Below are positions 1 through 10,573 of a stretch of 64,000 nucleotides of DNA, piece by piece. Position 1 is the stretch's first letter, and each line of letters opens with the position of its first letter. The notes under the pieces are model-generated. The model searched no databases and was not told the DNA's origin. It saw only the letters and a list, made by a program, of their open reading frames with translations. A program made the translations under genes and the position numbers. The stretch spans positions 576,001 to 640,000 of the forward strand of contig CAVUDP010000002.1 of assembly GCA_963740315.1 (NCBI GenBank), given 5' to 3'. Source of the DNA: an uncultured cyanobacterium (lineage in GTDB: Bacteria > Cyanobacteriota > Cyanobacteriia > Cyanobacteriales > Nostocaceae).

Positions 1-2
1 AG

Positions 3-953
3 TTAATTTATGTTGACGGTGGTTCGCCTGCTCATATTAAGAATTACCTGGAAACTCAAGCCACCGAAAAGCAATTTCAAGTAATTCGCACCGAACATTA
101 CCTTTCTCCCAATCACGCTAGAAATCTTGGTTTGCGTCAAGTTGACACTAAGTATGTAGTGTTCATCGATAACGATGTAGTGGTGACTCCCGGTTGGTTG
201 AAAACTGCGGTAGATTGCGCCGAACAAACCAATGCAACCGTAGTCAGTCCCCTTGTCTGTCAATACTTACCCCTCCACGAAGAAGTGCATTGCGCCGGTG
301 GTGAATCGGGAATCAAAGTAGAAACCAAAAACGACACGACAAGAAGAAGGTTTATTGAAAAGATTTTCAAGCAAGGAAAAAAAGTTGCAGATGTGCGTCC
401 TAAATTGCAGCGTCAAGAAACCGGGTTGGCAGAATTTCACTGCATGATGGTACGCACGGAAATCTTCGATAAAATCGGTTTGCTCGATGAAGGCTTGTTA
501 AATACCAAGGAACACGTAGATTTGTGTATTTTAGTAGCCCAAGCTGGCGGTACAATTTATTTAGAACCCGATTCCCTAGTAACTTATGTACCCGGACCAC
601 CTTTAGAATGGTCGGATGTCGGATATTATATGTTACGTTGGAGCGACGGTTGGGAAATGGCTAGTTTGAAAAGATTGCGCGAAAAGTGGAATCTGAGCGA
701 AGACAAGTATTTCCAAAATAAATATAAGCGGTTGGGATGGCGCAGAAAGATGACCATTATCGAACCCATCAGTCAAAAACTCGGCTTCGGCAATCGTTTC
801 TTATCTAAAGTTGTCGGTAAATTAATTGGTAAGGCAGATAGAATGCTCAATAGCTACATTACCAGCAGCTACGCCCGCAAACACCTGCAAAATAAAAATC
901 AAACTTCTCCCACTCAACCACCGAATGCAATAACTGCATCATCGCAGGGTTAA
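3..953 (+). CDS. Glycosyltransferase family 2 (5'-truncated by window edge)
   Basis: Frame open from position 3 (LIYVDGGS...NHARNLGL...YVVFIDND): GT-A fold DxD region; the ORF-track start at 132 is internal. Confidence 0.85.
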   Translation, partial: LIYVDGGSPAHIKNYLETQATEKQFQVIRTEHYLSPNHARNLGLRQVDTKYVVFIDNDVVVTPGWLKTAVDCAEQTNATVVSPLVCQYLPLHEEVHCAGGESGIKVETKNDTTRRRFIEKIFKQGKKVADVRPKLQRQETGLAEFHCMMVRTEIFDKIGLLDEGLLNTKEHVDLCILVAQAGGTIYLEPDSLVTYVPGPPLEWSDVGYYMLRWSDGWEMASLKRLREKWNLSEDKYFQNKYKRLGWRRKMTIIEPISQKLGFGNRFLSKVVGKLIGKADRMLNSYITSSYARKHLQNKNQTSPTQPPNAITASSQG

Positions 954-1038
954 TAGTTGTGTAACCCCAGCGTGGAGACGTAATATATTACGTCTCTACA
1001 TCATCGCGAAAAACTTATTTAATAAAGGGTGAAAAATA

Positions 1039-1911
1039 TTGAAAAGAAAAAAATTTAGAAATTACCAGCCCCAGGAAGCGTTTTATACGCCGGAAAGTTT
1101 ACTGAGACATCCTGTCCGATTATTTAAACAAATGTGGCTGGATTTATTAGGTTCCCGCGAACTAGCTTGGAGATTATTTGTAAGGGATATCAGCGCTCAA
1201 TATCGTCAGTCATTTTTAGGAATAATTTGGGCTTTTGTACCGCCAATAGTCATGGCTGCGGGGTTCACTCTCGCCAGTCAAGCTAAGGTGATCAATGTTG
1301 GGGAAACCGATTTACCTTATCCAGCCTATGTAATGTTTAGTACCGCCCTATGGCAAACCTTCGTAGAAGCTATTAACGGTCCGGTAAAAGCGGTAACGGA
1401 AGCAAAACCGATGCTAGCGAGAGTTAACTTTCCTAGAGAAGCGTTAATTTTAGCTAAATTAGGCGAAGTTTTTTTTAATTTTGCGATCAAATTAATTTTG
1501 ATTATCGGCTTATTTATCTGGTTCCGCGTTCCCGTTAGTTGGACGGTAATATTAACACCAGTATCTTTGATTCATTTAATTTTCTTCGGTACGTTTATCG
1601 GTGTTTTACTATCACCTTTAGGAGTATTATATCAAGATGTATCGAAAGGATTAACTTTACTAACCAGTTTTTGGCTATTTTTAACTCCTGTAGTTTATCC
1701 AGTTCCGACACAAGGAATTTTCGGTAACATAGTCAAGTTAAATCCCGTTACCCCCCTACTCGTAACAACGCGAGAACTTGCAACCACGGGAATCGTATCG
1801 GAACCCATCGGGTTTTGGATAGTCAGCATTATTACTATAATTGGATTATTTGTAACATGGGTTGGTTTTCGTTTGGCAATGCCTTTTGTAGTAGAAAGAG
1901 TAAGCTCTTAA
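1039..1911 (+). CDS. wzm: ABC-2 type polysaccharide export permease (Wzm/RfbA-like)
   Basis: RDISAQYRQSFLGIIWAF start, several hydrophobic helices, LTPVVYP and NPVT motifs; directly upstream of a Wzt-like ATPase. Confidence 0.85.
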   Translation: MKRKKFRNYQPQEAFYTPESLLRHPVRLFKQMWLDLLGSRELAWRLFVRDISAQYRQSFLGIIWAFVPPIVMAAGFTLASQAKVINVGETDLPYPAYVMFSTALWQTFVEAINGPVKAVTEAKPMLARVNFPREALILAKLGEVFFNFAIKLILIIGLFIWFRVPVSWTVILTPVSLIHLIFFGTFIGVLLSPLGVLYQDVSKGLTLLTSFWLFLTPVVYPVPTQGIFGNIVKLNPVTPLLVTTRELATTGIVSEPIGFWIVSIITIIGLFVTWVGFRLAMPFVVERVSS

Positions 1912-1914
1912 ATT

Positions 1915-3255
1915 ATGACTAGTTTAATAGTAAAAGAAATTGATACGCAGCCCGAAGAAAGTGAAGCAGTTATTACCGTTGAAAACGTTTCTAAAAAGTT
2001 TTGTCGCGATTTAAAACGCTCTTTATTTTACGGCTTACAAGATATCGCTAGTGAAGTTACGGGTGGAAAAAGGAAAAGCGATGCTCTGCGTAAAAATGAA
2101 TTTTGGGCGCTTAAAGATGTTAGCTTTCAACTACATCGAGGTGAAGCACTCGGATTAGTAGGTTCTAACGGAGCCGGAAAAAGTACCATATTACGAATTA
2201 TTAGTGGTTTAATTAAACCCGACACCGGAACCGTAAAAGTAAAAGGTAGAGTTGCTCCATTAATTGCATTGGGAGCGGGCTTTAATCCTATTTTATCGGG
2301 ACGGGAAAATATTTACGCTAATATGTCAATTCTCGGTTTACCAACCGCAGAAATTGAAAAAAGATTTGACGAAGTTGTAGAATTTGCTGAAATCGCCGAT
2401 GCAATTGATGCGCCAGTTCAAACTTATAGTTCCGGCATGGCTGCACGATTGGGATTTGCTTGCGCCGTTCACATCGAACCAGATATTTTATTAATAGATG
2501 AAGTACTGGCAGTGGGTGATGTCAAATTTAAAATGAAGTGCCATCGCAAGCTATCAGAATTACGCAAAAATGGTACGGCATTTATCTTAGTTACCCATAA
2601 CTCTCATAGCATATTAAATATATGTGAAACTTCGATTTTCTTGAAAAAAGGTGAGTTACTTGCTTCTGGAGATACCGAAAAAGTAATTCGTACATATGAA
2701 GAAGACCTTTGTTTGAGCGGTAAAGAAAATGCTTTAGGAAGAATGGTGCTGCCGCCCAAACCAAAAGAAAAAAGCAATGGTTTAGATATCGTTTCGCTGT
2801 GCTTTAAAGATGAAAAAGATCGTAATTTAGAAAATTTATTTACTGGTGAAGCAGCATATTTAAGTGTAGAATGTAAATCTTACGAACATATTAAAAGCGC
2901 CAATTTAGGAATGTTAGTTACGGCATTATCCGGCGGAGAAGGTCTTGTTTTATATATGACATCTACCAGCGATAATCAAGAATTAGAAATTCCTGTCGGT
3001 AAATCCGAAATACGGATGTATATGCCTTACTGTTCGATGATTCCCGGTGTATATAGCGCCAGAATATACATTCGTGATGGCGTACTTTCCTATGATATAG
3101 TTGAATCTTTTCGATTTACCGTCAAAGCCAATAAAACTATCAGCAGATGTCAATTTTATCAACCTAGAAAATGGCAGGTTATACCTGGCGATCGCCATAT
3201 ATCAGTTACCAATAGTTCTTTAAAATCTCAAAGTCATATTTTGCCAGATGATTAA
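1915..3255 (+). CDS. wzt: Polysaccharide ABC transporter ATP-binding protein with C-terminal Wzt_C-like domain
   Basis: Walker A GSNGAGKS, signature YSSGM, Walker B LLIDE, DEVLAVGD; ~180-aa beta-rich C-terminal extension. Confidence 0.88.
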   Translation: MTSLIVKEIDTQPEESEAVITVENVSKKFCRDLKRSLFYGLQDIASEVTGGKRKSDALRKNEFWALKDVSFQLHRGEALGLVGSNGAGKSTILRIISGLIKPDTGTVKVKGRVAPLIALGAGFNPILSGRENIYANMSILGLPTAEIEKRFDEVVEFAEIADAIDAPVQTYSSGMAARLGFACAVHIEPDILLIDEVLAVGDVKFKMKCHRKLSELRKNGTAFILVTHNSHSILNICETSIFLKKGELLASGDTEKVIRTYEEDLCLSGKENALGRMVLPPKPKEKSNGLDIVSLCFKDEKDRNLENLFTGEAAYLSVECKSYEHIKSANLGMLVTALSGGEGLVLYMTSTSDNQELEIPVGKSEIRMYMPYCSMIPGVYSARIYIRDGVLSYDIVESFRFTVKANKTISRCQFYQPRKWQVIPGDRHISVTNSSLKSQSHILPDD

Positions 3256-3453
3256 TACTGTATACCCGTAGAAAGAAGTTTGAGTATAACAGGTGAGAAA
3301 AAGGTATAAATGCAATATCTTAAATTATCAAGCAAATCTATTTTTTCGTAGTTAATAACTGACAAGATTTTTGTTATTTAACAAATTTTAATCTAAGAAG
3401 TAAAAAACAAAATCAAAGCTAACTACTATATTTCATCAGCAGGTGTATTTCAA

Positions 3454-4368
3454 ATGAGTAATCCTTTATTGAGTGTAATCATTCCTACCCATAACCGCCC
3501 TCAACTTGTAATTCGGGCGGTAAAAAGTGCCTTAGAACAAACTATGGAGGATTTAGAAGTAATTGTTGTTGATGATGCCTCCGAAGTTCCTCTAGAATTA
3601 CCTCAAGACAACAGAGTCAGAACGATTCGACTTTCACAACCAAGTGGTGGAGCAGCTGCTCGCAACGTCGGTACTAAAGCCGCTCGCGGACGTTGGATAA
3701 CCTATTTAGACGATGATGATAGACTTCTTACCGATATGGCTAGCGTGTCGTTAAAAGCTTTATCAGAAAATAGTTGCAAAACTCCCGCAGCAGTTATTTC
3801 CGGCTTGGAAGTGGTTGACGATCGAGGAACAGTAACCGACAAGCGAATACCACCAAAAATACGCCAACAAGGCGCTCACTTCTTTTTAGAACAACTTGAA
3901 CCAGGCTATTCATACAACAATAAACAGACATTAGTAGTAGAGCGTAAAGTCATCGATCGCATTGGTGGGTGGGATGAAACATTTCGCTCTCGCGTTCACT
4001 CAGAACTGTTTCTACGGCTTAATCCGGCTTGTTCTATAATCGGTTTACCCATTGTGACTTATCAGCTTACTGCCCATGAAGGAGTAAGAGTGTCGCGGGA
4101 TCTTCAATTGCGTCAAGAAAGTTTTGAACGCTTAATAAATAAGCATCAAAGTTTGTTTAAAGCACATCCTAAAACTTTTGCCAATTTCTTGTGCAACCAC
4201 GCAGAAAAATCATTTGAACTTGGTCAACCAAAAGCTGCGATTTTTAGTTTTTTACGTGCGATGCAACTAGATTTAAATCCTACTCTGAGACGAATTAAAT
4301 CGCTATCAACATATACAGTACGAAGCTATACCAAGCAGGTGTTTCGAGAAGTTTTGAATAGCAATTAA
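3454..4368 (+). CDS. Glycosyltransferase family 2
   Basis: SVIIPTHNR, VVDDAS, ARNVG, YLDDDD, IGGWDE. Confidence 0.9.
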   Translation: MSNPLLSVIIPTHNRPQLVIRAVKSALEQTMEDLEVIVVDDASEVPLELPQDNRVRTIRLSQPSGGAAARNVGTKAARGRWITYLDDDDRLLTDMASVSLKALSENSCKTPAAVISGLEVVDDRGTVTDKRIPPKIRQQGAHFFLEQLEPGYSYNNKQTLVVERKVIDRIGGWDETFRSRVHSELFLRLNPACSIIGLPIVTYQLTAHEGVRVSRDLQLRQESFERLINKHQSLFKAHPKTFANFLCNHAEKSFELGQPKAAIFSFLRAMQLDLNPTLRRIKSLSTYTVRSYTKQVFREVLNSN

Positions 4369-4504
4369 AACAATTTAGCAGTTTGTTACTTCCCAACCGA
4401 TCGCTCCAAGGGTGCATTTACTAATTTCGATCGACCTGCCTTATATCCATCTAGTTAATTATATGAATATTAGCTTTTAAAACAGAAAAATTGAATTTAG
4501 AAAA

Positions 4505-5551
4505 ATGAAAATGCAAAAACTTGTTTCCGTAATTATTCCCTGCTTTAATGCCGAAAGGTGGATAGCAGAGACAATTGATAGCTGCTTAAAGCAAACTTAT
4601 CCTCATATCGAAATTATTGTAATTGATGATTTTTCCACCGATAAATCTATGGAAATCATCAAAAGCTATGGAGATAAAATAATTTGGGAACGTCTAAGAG
4701 AAAATAAAGGTGGAAACTATGCTAGGAATAGAGGCTTCGCTTTATCAAAAGGAGAATATATTCAGTTCTTGGATGCAGATGATTTAATTTTACCAGAAAA
4801 AATAGAAAGACAAATAAACTTTTTAGAAGAAACACAAGCAGATGTTGTTTACGGTGATTGGCGATATCAAGGGCATCAATCTGATGGGGTAATATTCCTA
4901 GATCAAATAGAAAAACCTGGAACGCAAACAGATATTCTCCAATCTTTAATAGAAAATTGGTGGACTGCTGTTGCATCATTATTTTACAGAAGAACGGCTG
5001 TAGAAAAAAGCGGTGGATGGGATGAAAGTTTTTCAGCAGCACAGGATAGAGATTTTTTCATATCAGTAGTGATGAGTGATGTAAAAATTGTCTATCAACC
5101 GGGCTGTTATTCAATATATAGAAGATACGGCAACGTTACAGTATCAACTGCTTCAAAACCGCGCTGGGTAAAGAATCACTGTAAAGTTTTGCAAAAGGTA
5201 GAAAAAAGACTTTTACTAGAAAATCCAGAAATTCCATTTAATTATCGCCGTGCTTTAGCTGAAGGCTACTTTGAATTAGCTAGAGATTATATGTATATCG
5301 ACTACGAGCAATATTTACGATTTTTGAATAAATCTTTAGCTTTGTGTCCAGATTTTAAGCATAAAACCGAAAGAAAAATCTATAGCTTAGTTCAAGATAT
5401 TTTGGGATTTCGCTTCAGCGAAAAAATTGTTCATCGCATCCTACTTTTACAAGCCTTTTTGGATGCTAAAATCTATTCCCGTACTTCAAAAAAATCCAAG
5501 TCAAATAAGAGCAATTATTGTGGCAATGTTGATATAAGCATAGTACAATAA
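4505..5551 (+). CDS. Glycosyltransferase family 2
   Basis: SVIIPCFN, VIDDFSTD, ARNRG, FLDADD, GGWDE, AQDRD. Confidence 0.9.
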   Translation: MKMQKLVSVIIPCFNAERWIAETIDSCLKQTYPHIEIIVIDDFSTDKSMEIIKSYGDKIIWERLRENKGGNYARNRGFALSKGEYIQFLDADDLILPEKIERQINFLEETQADVVYGDWRYQGHQSDGVIFLDQIEKPGTQTDILQSLIENWWTAVASLFYRRTAVEKSGGWDESFSAAQDRDFFISVVMSDVKIVYQPGCYSIYRRYGNVTVSTASKPRWVKNHCKVLQKVEKRLLLENPEIPFNYRRALAEGYFELARDYMYIDYEQYLRFLNKSLALCPDFKHKTERKIYSLVQDILGFRFSEKIVHRILLLQAFLDAKIYSRTSKKSKSNKSNYCGNVDISIVQ

Positions 5552-5572
5552 CTTTGATTTAGGAAAAGACTT

Positions 5573-5842
5573 ATGGATAGAGGAAAAATAGTTGCGATTC
5601 TTACGGGTGTAATTTCTATACTTTTAGCTGTTGCTTACCTTGTAATAGTTCAAATTCTCGACTTTCGAGGTGAAATGAAACCCGCCCCCATTACTCAAGT
5701 AGAAACGTCTGTCGTTGCTACTTATGACGGATGGGATGATGGGGTGATGGGGAGATGGGGAGATGGGGAGATGGGGAGATGGGGAGATGGGGTGATGGGG
5801 AGTACTTCGACAAGCTCAGTAACCTTTGGGGTGATGGGGTGA
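5573..5842 (+). CDS. Small single-TM conserved cyanobacterial protein; C-terminus runs into an octamer repeat array
   Basis: RBS-like AGGA, TM segment followed by LDFRGEMKPAP; last ~35 codons are encoded by GGGGAGAT/GGGGTGAT repeats. Confidence 0.6.
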   Translation: MDRGKIVAILTGVISILLAVAYLVIVQILDFRGEMKPAPITQVETSVVATYDGWDDGVMGRWGDGEMGRWGDGVMGSTSTSSVTFGVMG

Positions 5843-5890
5843 TGGGGTGATGGGGTGATGGGGAGATGGGGAGATGGGGTGATGGGGAGA
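5737..5890. repeat. Octamer STRR (GGGGAGAT/GGGGTGAT)n containing a small dispersed element (TACTTCGACAAGCTCAGTAACCTTT)
   Basis: Directly visible tandem array between convergent genes. Confidence 0.9.
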
Positions 5891-5917
5891 AAAATATTAT
5901 TATATAAAAATAACGAA

Positions 5918-6316
5918 CTATATTAACGATACAATTTCAAGCTCGTTGAATCCCGTTTGTTCGTCAAGGCTTCTGTGAAAAGTGAAATCTTCGGCGATGC
6001 CAATTACAATTTCGGCGGTGGTATAAATAATGCAACCATCGCTGAGGTGTCCGCCAATAACTTTACCATGACTGTTGGCGATCGCGATGTGAAGATGTAT
6101 TCCGGTAACAGAAGCAGTACCGTTGAGAGAAAGTATTTCAAATTTTTCAGTTAAAACTGTAGCATTCTCGCGATCGGCGAAGCGAATTGTCGCCTGTTTT
6201 AAACTACCAATTGCAGTCAAGATAAAACCTGCTTGAATATTTTTTTCGGTTACAAAGCTTTTTAAACTTGTTCTTAAATCTGCATTGGATTTGAGTCTAA
6301 TCGGTAAAACTTTCAT
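5918..6316 (-). CDS. PPC domain (DUF296) putative DNA-binding protein
   Basis: IGSL, FEILSLNGT, HLHIA, VIGGHL, TTAEIVI motifs. Confidence 0.85.
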   Translation of the reverse strand: MKVLPIRLKSNADLRTSLKSFVTEKNIQAGFILTAIGSLKQATIRFADRENATVLTEKFEILSLNGTASVTGIHLHIAIANSHGKVIGGHLSDGCIIYTTAEIVIGIAEDFTFHRSLDEQTGFNELEIVSLI

Positions 6317-6373
6317 GTATTCTTGTGAATTATGACGCTGTACGGGTAACTATAGTGAATTTCGGTTGAGTTG

Positions 6374-6439
6374 AGAAGTCGGGTTTTTATCAAAGAAGGT
6401 ATTGGTATTACAGATAGGTATTCTAAAAACCCGACTTCT
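6374..6439. repeat. REP-like inverted repeat pair AGAAGTCGGGTTTTT...AAAAACCCGACTTCT
   Basis: Perfect inverted repeat of at least 15 bp; the left arm recurs at ~59624. Confidence 0.7.
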
Positions 6440-6730
6440 GACCATTTTAATGGGTGCGCTATATTTAACATGGGCATATTCATATTATCTTAGTGCCATT
6501 AATCTCTGAGGGGTTAAACCCATCAAATGTCATCAAACCTAGTAATTTGATTAAAATTTAATTCCGCTTGATGTCTTCTTTACCCTACAAAGTAGAATTA
6601 TGGACGGAAATTTAAGTATCTCTATAAGTTGGGAACATTATCAGTAATGCTACGGAAGCGTATAGAAAGAAACATTTTTAGAATATACGCAAAAGTTTCG
6701 TTTCTAGTTAATTTTATCGGGATGCTACAT

Positions 6731-9160
6731 ATGGCAGAACTGCTGCCTCAATGCCAAAATCTAAAAGAACAAGTAGAATCTATTTTGCAATTACAGCAAG
6801 AACCGGCTTTGGCTTCTTGTGACGTTACCCCAACTCAAACTTCGTTGAGAAAAGCAATCTCTCCCAAGTTTGAAATCGTGTTTGCAGGTGCGTTTAGTGC
6901 GGGTAAATCGATGTTAATTAATGCACTGTTGGAGCGGGAATTGCTTTATAGTGCAGAAGGACACGCGACGGGTACGGAATGCAAAATAGAGTACGCGCAT
7001 CCTGAAGAAGAGCGAGTTGTTTTAACGTTTTTGAGTGAAGCAGAAGTTAGAGAACAGATTTTTTCTTTATGCGATCGCTTGGGATTGCATAAGGTTGAAA
7101 ATATTAACCTTGAAGATGCAATTGAGCTATTGCACCAAGGATGTGAAGCTATTATCCAGCAAGAAGGTGGCGAAAGTAAATCCGAACGTGCGAAACAGGC
7201 GAAAGCGTTAATTTTATTGTTGTCGGGATACGTAGCAAACCGCCAGCACATTCATGCGATCGAAAATGCCACTTACTCGATGGAAGAGTTTAATTTTAAC
7301 AACCTCAAGGAAGCTGCTGGGTATGCGCGTCGGGGAAGTAATAGTGCGGTTTTGAAGCGGATTGAATATTATTGCAACCATCGACTGTTGCAGGATGGTA
7401 ACGTAATTATTGACACGCCCGGTATTGATGCGCCAGTAGAAAAAGATGCGCGGTTGACTTATGAGAAAATTCAGCATCCCGATACTTCTGCGGTGGTGTG
7501 TGTCTTAAAACCTGCCTCGATGGGGGATATGACAAAAGCTGAAACTCAACTTTTGCAAGAAATTCGCGATAACCCAGGAATTAGAGATAGAGTTTTTTAC
7601 GTCTTTAATCGTATTGATGAAAGTTGGTACAATACCGATTTAAGGCAAAGACTGGATAATTTAATTAATACTCAGTTTCAAACGGGTAGGGTTTTTAAAA
7701 CTAGTGGATTGCTAGGATTTTACGGCAGTCAGATTAAACAAACCACTTCCGAGGATAGGTTTGGTTTAGATTCTGTTTTCTTAGGTAAAATTCACAAGAC
7801 AGAATTAGAAGAAGAAACGCCACAGTTTGTCTACGAATTTCTACGTTACTGTACTGCTTCTGGAAAACTATCTCCCGAAAAGTTTCGGATTTCTGTAAAT
7901 AATTTTGAAACTCAGAATCAAAATTATGTAAGAATTTTATCAGAACAAGGAAGCTTATTAGTTAATCAATTAATTCAAGATAGCGGTGTTGAGGAATTTA
8001 AAACAGCTATTAATCGCTATCTTACTCAAGAAAAACGTCCCCAGTTATTTAAAAATTTGGCTGACGATTTAGAAGATGTTTGTATTCAAATCAAGAAATA
8101 TTATCAAAGTATACAGCGAGACTTAGACAGTCAACCGCAAGAAATTGAGGCGATGAAAGCCCAGGAATTGCAACGTCTCAATCAGCAGTTACAACAAGTA
8201 GGAAATGATTTTCGCCATCATATTGCAGCAGAAGTTAACCAGGTAGTAACCAATGCCTGCGACAAATTTGAAGCGGATTTTAATCAATTGCGATCGCGAA
8301 TGATTCACCGTTTGGATGAGTTATTGGATACTTTCTCCGTTGCCGACACTTATAAACGGGCGACTTTAAGTCATCCTCGCAATGCAACAGCGCCTTTAAT
8401 TGCCATTTTGGTAGAGGCGTTTTATTACTTAGCGAATCAGTTGGAAGAGATTTTGGTGGAGTCTTCCCAGAAAGTTGTTATTAATTTTTTTCAAAGGTTA
8501 AATGAAAGGATTCGTAAAGCTGAATATTATCGTCAGCTATATCGTTTACTGGGTAACGACGGAGGTTTAGAACAAGAATTACAAAAGTTAGAAAAACTGC
8601 TTTCTTTGGCTTTAGAAAATGCAGCGCGGGTTGAGTGCGATCGATTTGTAAGAGAAAGTCCTAGATTTTACGATGAAGGTACTTTTTCAATCTATCAGTT
8701 TCGCCAAACATTGCAGCAAACTTCTCAAACTTTCGATTGTGAAAGTATGGTAGAAGCTGAGCCAGCGATTAAACAACTGTTGAAATTAGATTTTGAACCA
8801 AAAGTTAGCGCCACTATTCGCATCACATTTCGCCAAACCATAAATCAAAGTTTTAAAACTCAGCTTTTACCAATGGCGGAAACCAAAAGTGATGATATTT
8901 TACAGCAGTATCCGAAAGCGCGTGCTTATTTAGAAAACACTTTGGAAAAAGAAGCCGAAGAGAAAGTTGCTTATAACAAACGACTTTTAGATGCTGTTTC
9001 TCGTAAAATTGCTAGTTTCAATCAATCTGTAACTGCTATCAACAGTTGCTTACAAACGATGCAATTATACGATTATTTATTGCCTACAATCGGCGAAACA
9101 CTTACAGAAATAGTTGATATTATATCGTCTGAAAATAACGGTATCGTTCAAACTATATAA
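6731..9160 (+). CDS. Bacterial dynamin-like GTPase, SynDLP/KGK-clade type
   Basis: G1 GAFSAGKS, G2 HATGT, G3 DTPG, G4 NRID; helical stalk with HPRN motif; Cys8 if the start is the ATG at 6731, plus a C-terminal Cys (INSCL), as described for SynDLP. Confidence 0.9.
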   Translation: MAELLPQCQNLKEQVESILQLQQEPALASCDVTPTQTSLRKAISPKFEIVFAGAFSAGKSMLINALLERELLYSAEGHATGTECKIEYAHPEEERVVLTFLSEAEVREQIFSLCDRLGLHKVENINLEDAIELLHQGCEAIIQQEGGESKSERAKQAKALILLLSGYVANRQHIHAIENATYSMEEFNFNNLKEAAGYARRGSNSAVLKRIEYYCNHRLLQDGNVIIDTPGIDAPVEKDARLTYEKIQHPDTSAVVCVLKPASMGDMTKAETQLLQEIRDNPGIRDRVFYVFNRIDESWYNTDLRQRLDNLINTQFQTGRVFKTSGLLGFYGSQIKQTTSEDRFGLDSVFLGKIHKTELEEETPQFVYEFLRYCTASGKLSPEKFRISVNNFETQNQNYVRILSEQGSLLVNQLIQDSGVEEFKTAINRYLTQEKRPQLFKNLADDLEDVCIQIKKYYQSIQRDLDSQPQEIEAMKAQELQRLNQQLQQVGNDFRHHIAAEVNQVVTNACDKFEADFNQLRSRMIHRLDELLDTFSVADTYKRATLSHPRNATAPLIAILVEAFYYLANQLEEILVESSQKVVINFFQRLNERIRKAEYYRQLYRLLGNDGGLEQELQKLEKLLSLALENAARVECDRFVRESPRFYDEGTFSIYQFRQTLQQTSQTFDCESMVEAEPAIKQLLKLDFEPKVSATIRITFRQTINQSFKTQLLPMAETKSDDILQQYPKARAYLENTLEKEAEEKVAYNKRLLDAVSRKIASFNQSVTAINSCLQTMQLYDYLLPTIGETLTEIVDIISSENNGIVQTI

Positions 9161-9244
9161 GCGATTATCATTGATGTCGTCTTGATGACAGAGATACCAG
9201 CAAAATATTGGTAACTTAATTGAAAATTCTCATAAATGATTTAA

Positions 9245-9691
9245 ATGGATATGGAAAGCAAATTCAAACCTTTGAGGTGCAATAACGATGATGTTTTGTC
9301 TTATAACGGTAACTTACTTAAGTTTAGCCAGCTTAAGCAGCAGTTAGAAGATGAATTATGGCAAAAAGTCAACTATCTGCTCGCAAAAGAAAATGATGGA
9401 TATCATAGCAAAGAAAGAATAAATGAGTTGATTAATACTTCCTTCGGTTATTGCAATATCAGCGTTACCTTATCATCACCAGAAGAAGGAAATGATTGCG
9501 AGATTCTCAGACTTGGTGCTAAAAGCTGGCAAAAAGGAAAAATTAGAATTCAATCATCTATAGATTTCTTACCCAACGAGAAAGATGCTACTAAAATCGC
9601 GAAAATTGTGTTTAACTTAGAATTCTTCTCCGAGGAATACGAAGTTCAAAAGCCGAAATTATCTTTTGACGATATGATGTATGCTGCATAA
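9245..9691 (+). CDS. KGK domain protein
   Basis: GNDCEILRLGAKSWQKGKIRI...LEF signature; position after a dynamin gene. Confidence 0.85.
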   Translation: MDMESKFKPLRCNNDDVLSYNGNLLKFSQLKQQLEDELWQKVNYLLAKENDGYHSKERINELINTSFGYCNISVTLSSPEEGNDCEILRLGAKSWQKGKIRIQSSIDFLPNEKDATKIAKIVFNLEFFSEEYEVQKPKLSFDDMMYAA

Positions 9692-9832
9692 CAGATAAGT
9701 TAAGACTTTTTCTATCTAAGTTCGATCGTCTCAGTTTAGAGATGAAAATTCAACGACGAATTTTGAAGATATTTTTACAGTAAGCGTTTCCCGTAAACTT
9801 AAGTATCTGAAATAGATTTTTTCGGACTAAAT

Positions 9833-10297
9833 ATGCATCGCCAATTTGAATCTTTGACTGAAGATAATGAGTTTATTGTACTCAACAATATTGTTTTTAA
9901 TGCTAATAAAATTAAAACCAGTATTATTGGAGATTTTAAACCGAAAAAGAATAATTTAAATTTTTGTCGCAAAAATCTATTTCTGAGAAAATATTTTATA
10001 GAAATAAATAACCAGGGAATATTTAACCGAATTGAATGGAAGTTTTGGTTAAAAGAAGATATTCAGTGCAAATTAATTACCGTTGATAAAATTATAAAAT
10101 TAGAAGAATTACAAATAAAAGTTATTTTAGACTTTTCATCACCGCTAAATAAAAACAACGAATATTGTGACTTAAAAGTTTTACTATATTTCTCACTTCA
10201 AGAATTAGAAACTAAACAAACAACTGCTTTAAAAAGTATCCATGAGCAAAACACCGCGTATTTCTATCCCCTCAGCAGTGAGAAAATATGTATTTGA
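9833..10297 (+). CDS. Divergent KGK-like/hypothetical protein
   Basis: WLKEDIQCKLI...LQIKVILDF parallels the KGK layout but lacks the KGK residues; very AT-rich. Confidence 0.5.
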   Translation: MHRQFESLTEDNEFIVLNNIVFNANKIKTSIIGDFKPKKNNLNFCRKNLFLRKYFIEINNQGIFNRIEWKFWLKEDIQCKLITVDKIIKLEELQIKVILDFSSPLNKNNEYCDLKVLLYFSLQELETKQTTALKSIHEQNTAYFYPLSSEKICI

Positions 10298-10484
10298 ACG
10301 TAATAACTACCAATGTCAAAGCTGCGGTAAACAGTATGGAGAAACCGATCTAACTATCGATCATATTATCCCTTTAGCGCGTGGTGGATCGAACGATATT
10401 AGCAATTTACAAACTTTGTGCTTTAGCTGTAATTGTAAAAAGACAGATAGTATTGATAATCGGTTTCGGCGTTATTTTGATTAG
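10242..10484 (+). CDS. HNH endonuclease
   Basis: CQSC...IDHIIPLARGGSNDISNLQTLCFSCN: HNH with Zn-binding CxxC pairs. Confidence 0.9.
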   Translation: MSKTPRISIPSAVRKYVFERNNYQCQSCGKQYGETDLTIDHIIPLARGGSNDISNLQTLCFSCNCKKTDSIDNRFRRYFD

Positions 10485-10573
10485 CTGTATTGTAGGTTGT
10501 GTTATGGTGCGATCGATAATTCGGGTTATGACAAAATATTTATTTCGCGCCTAATGTACCGTTTAAGATTCCC

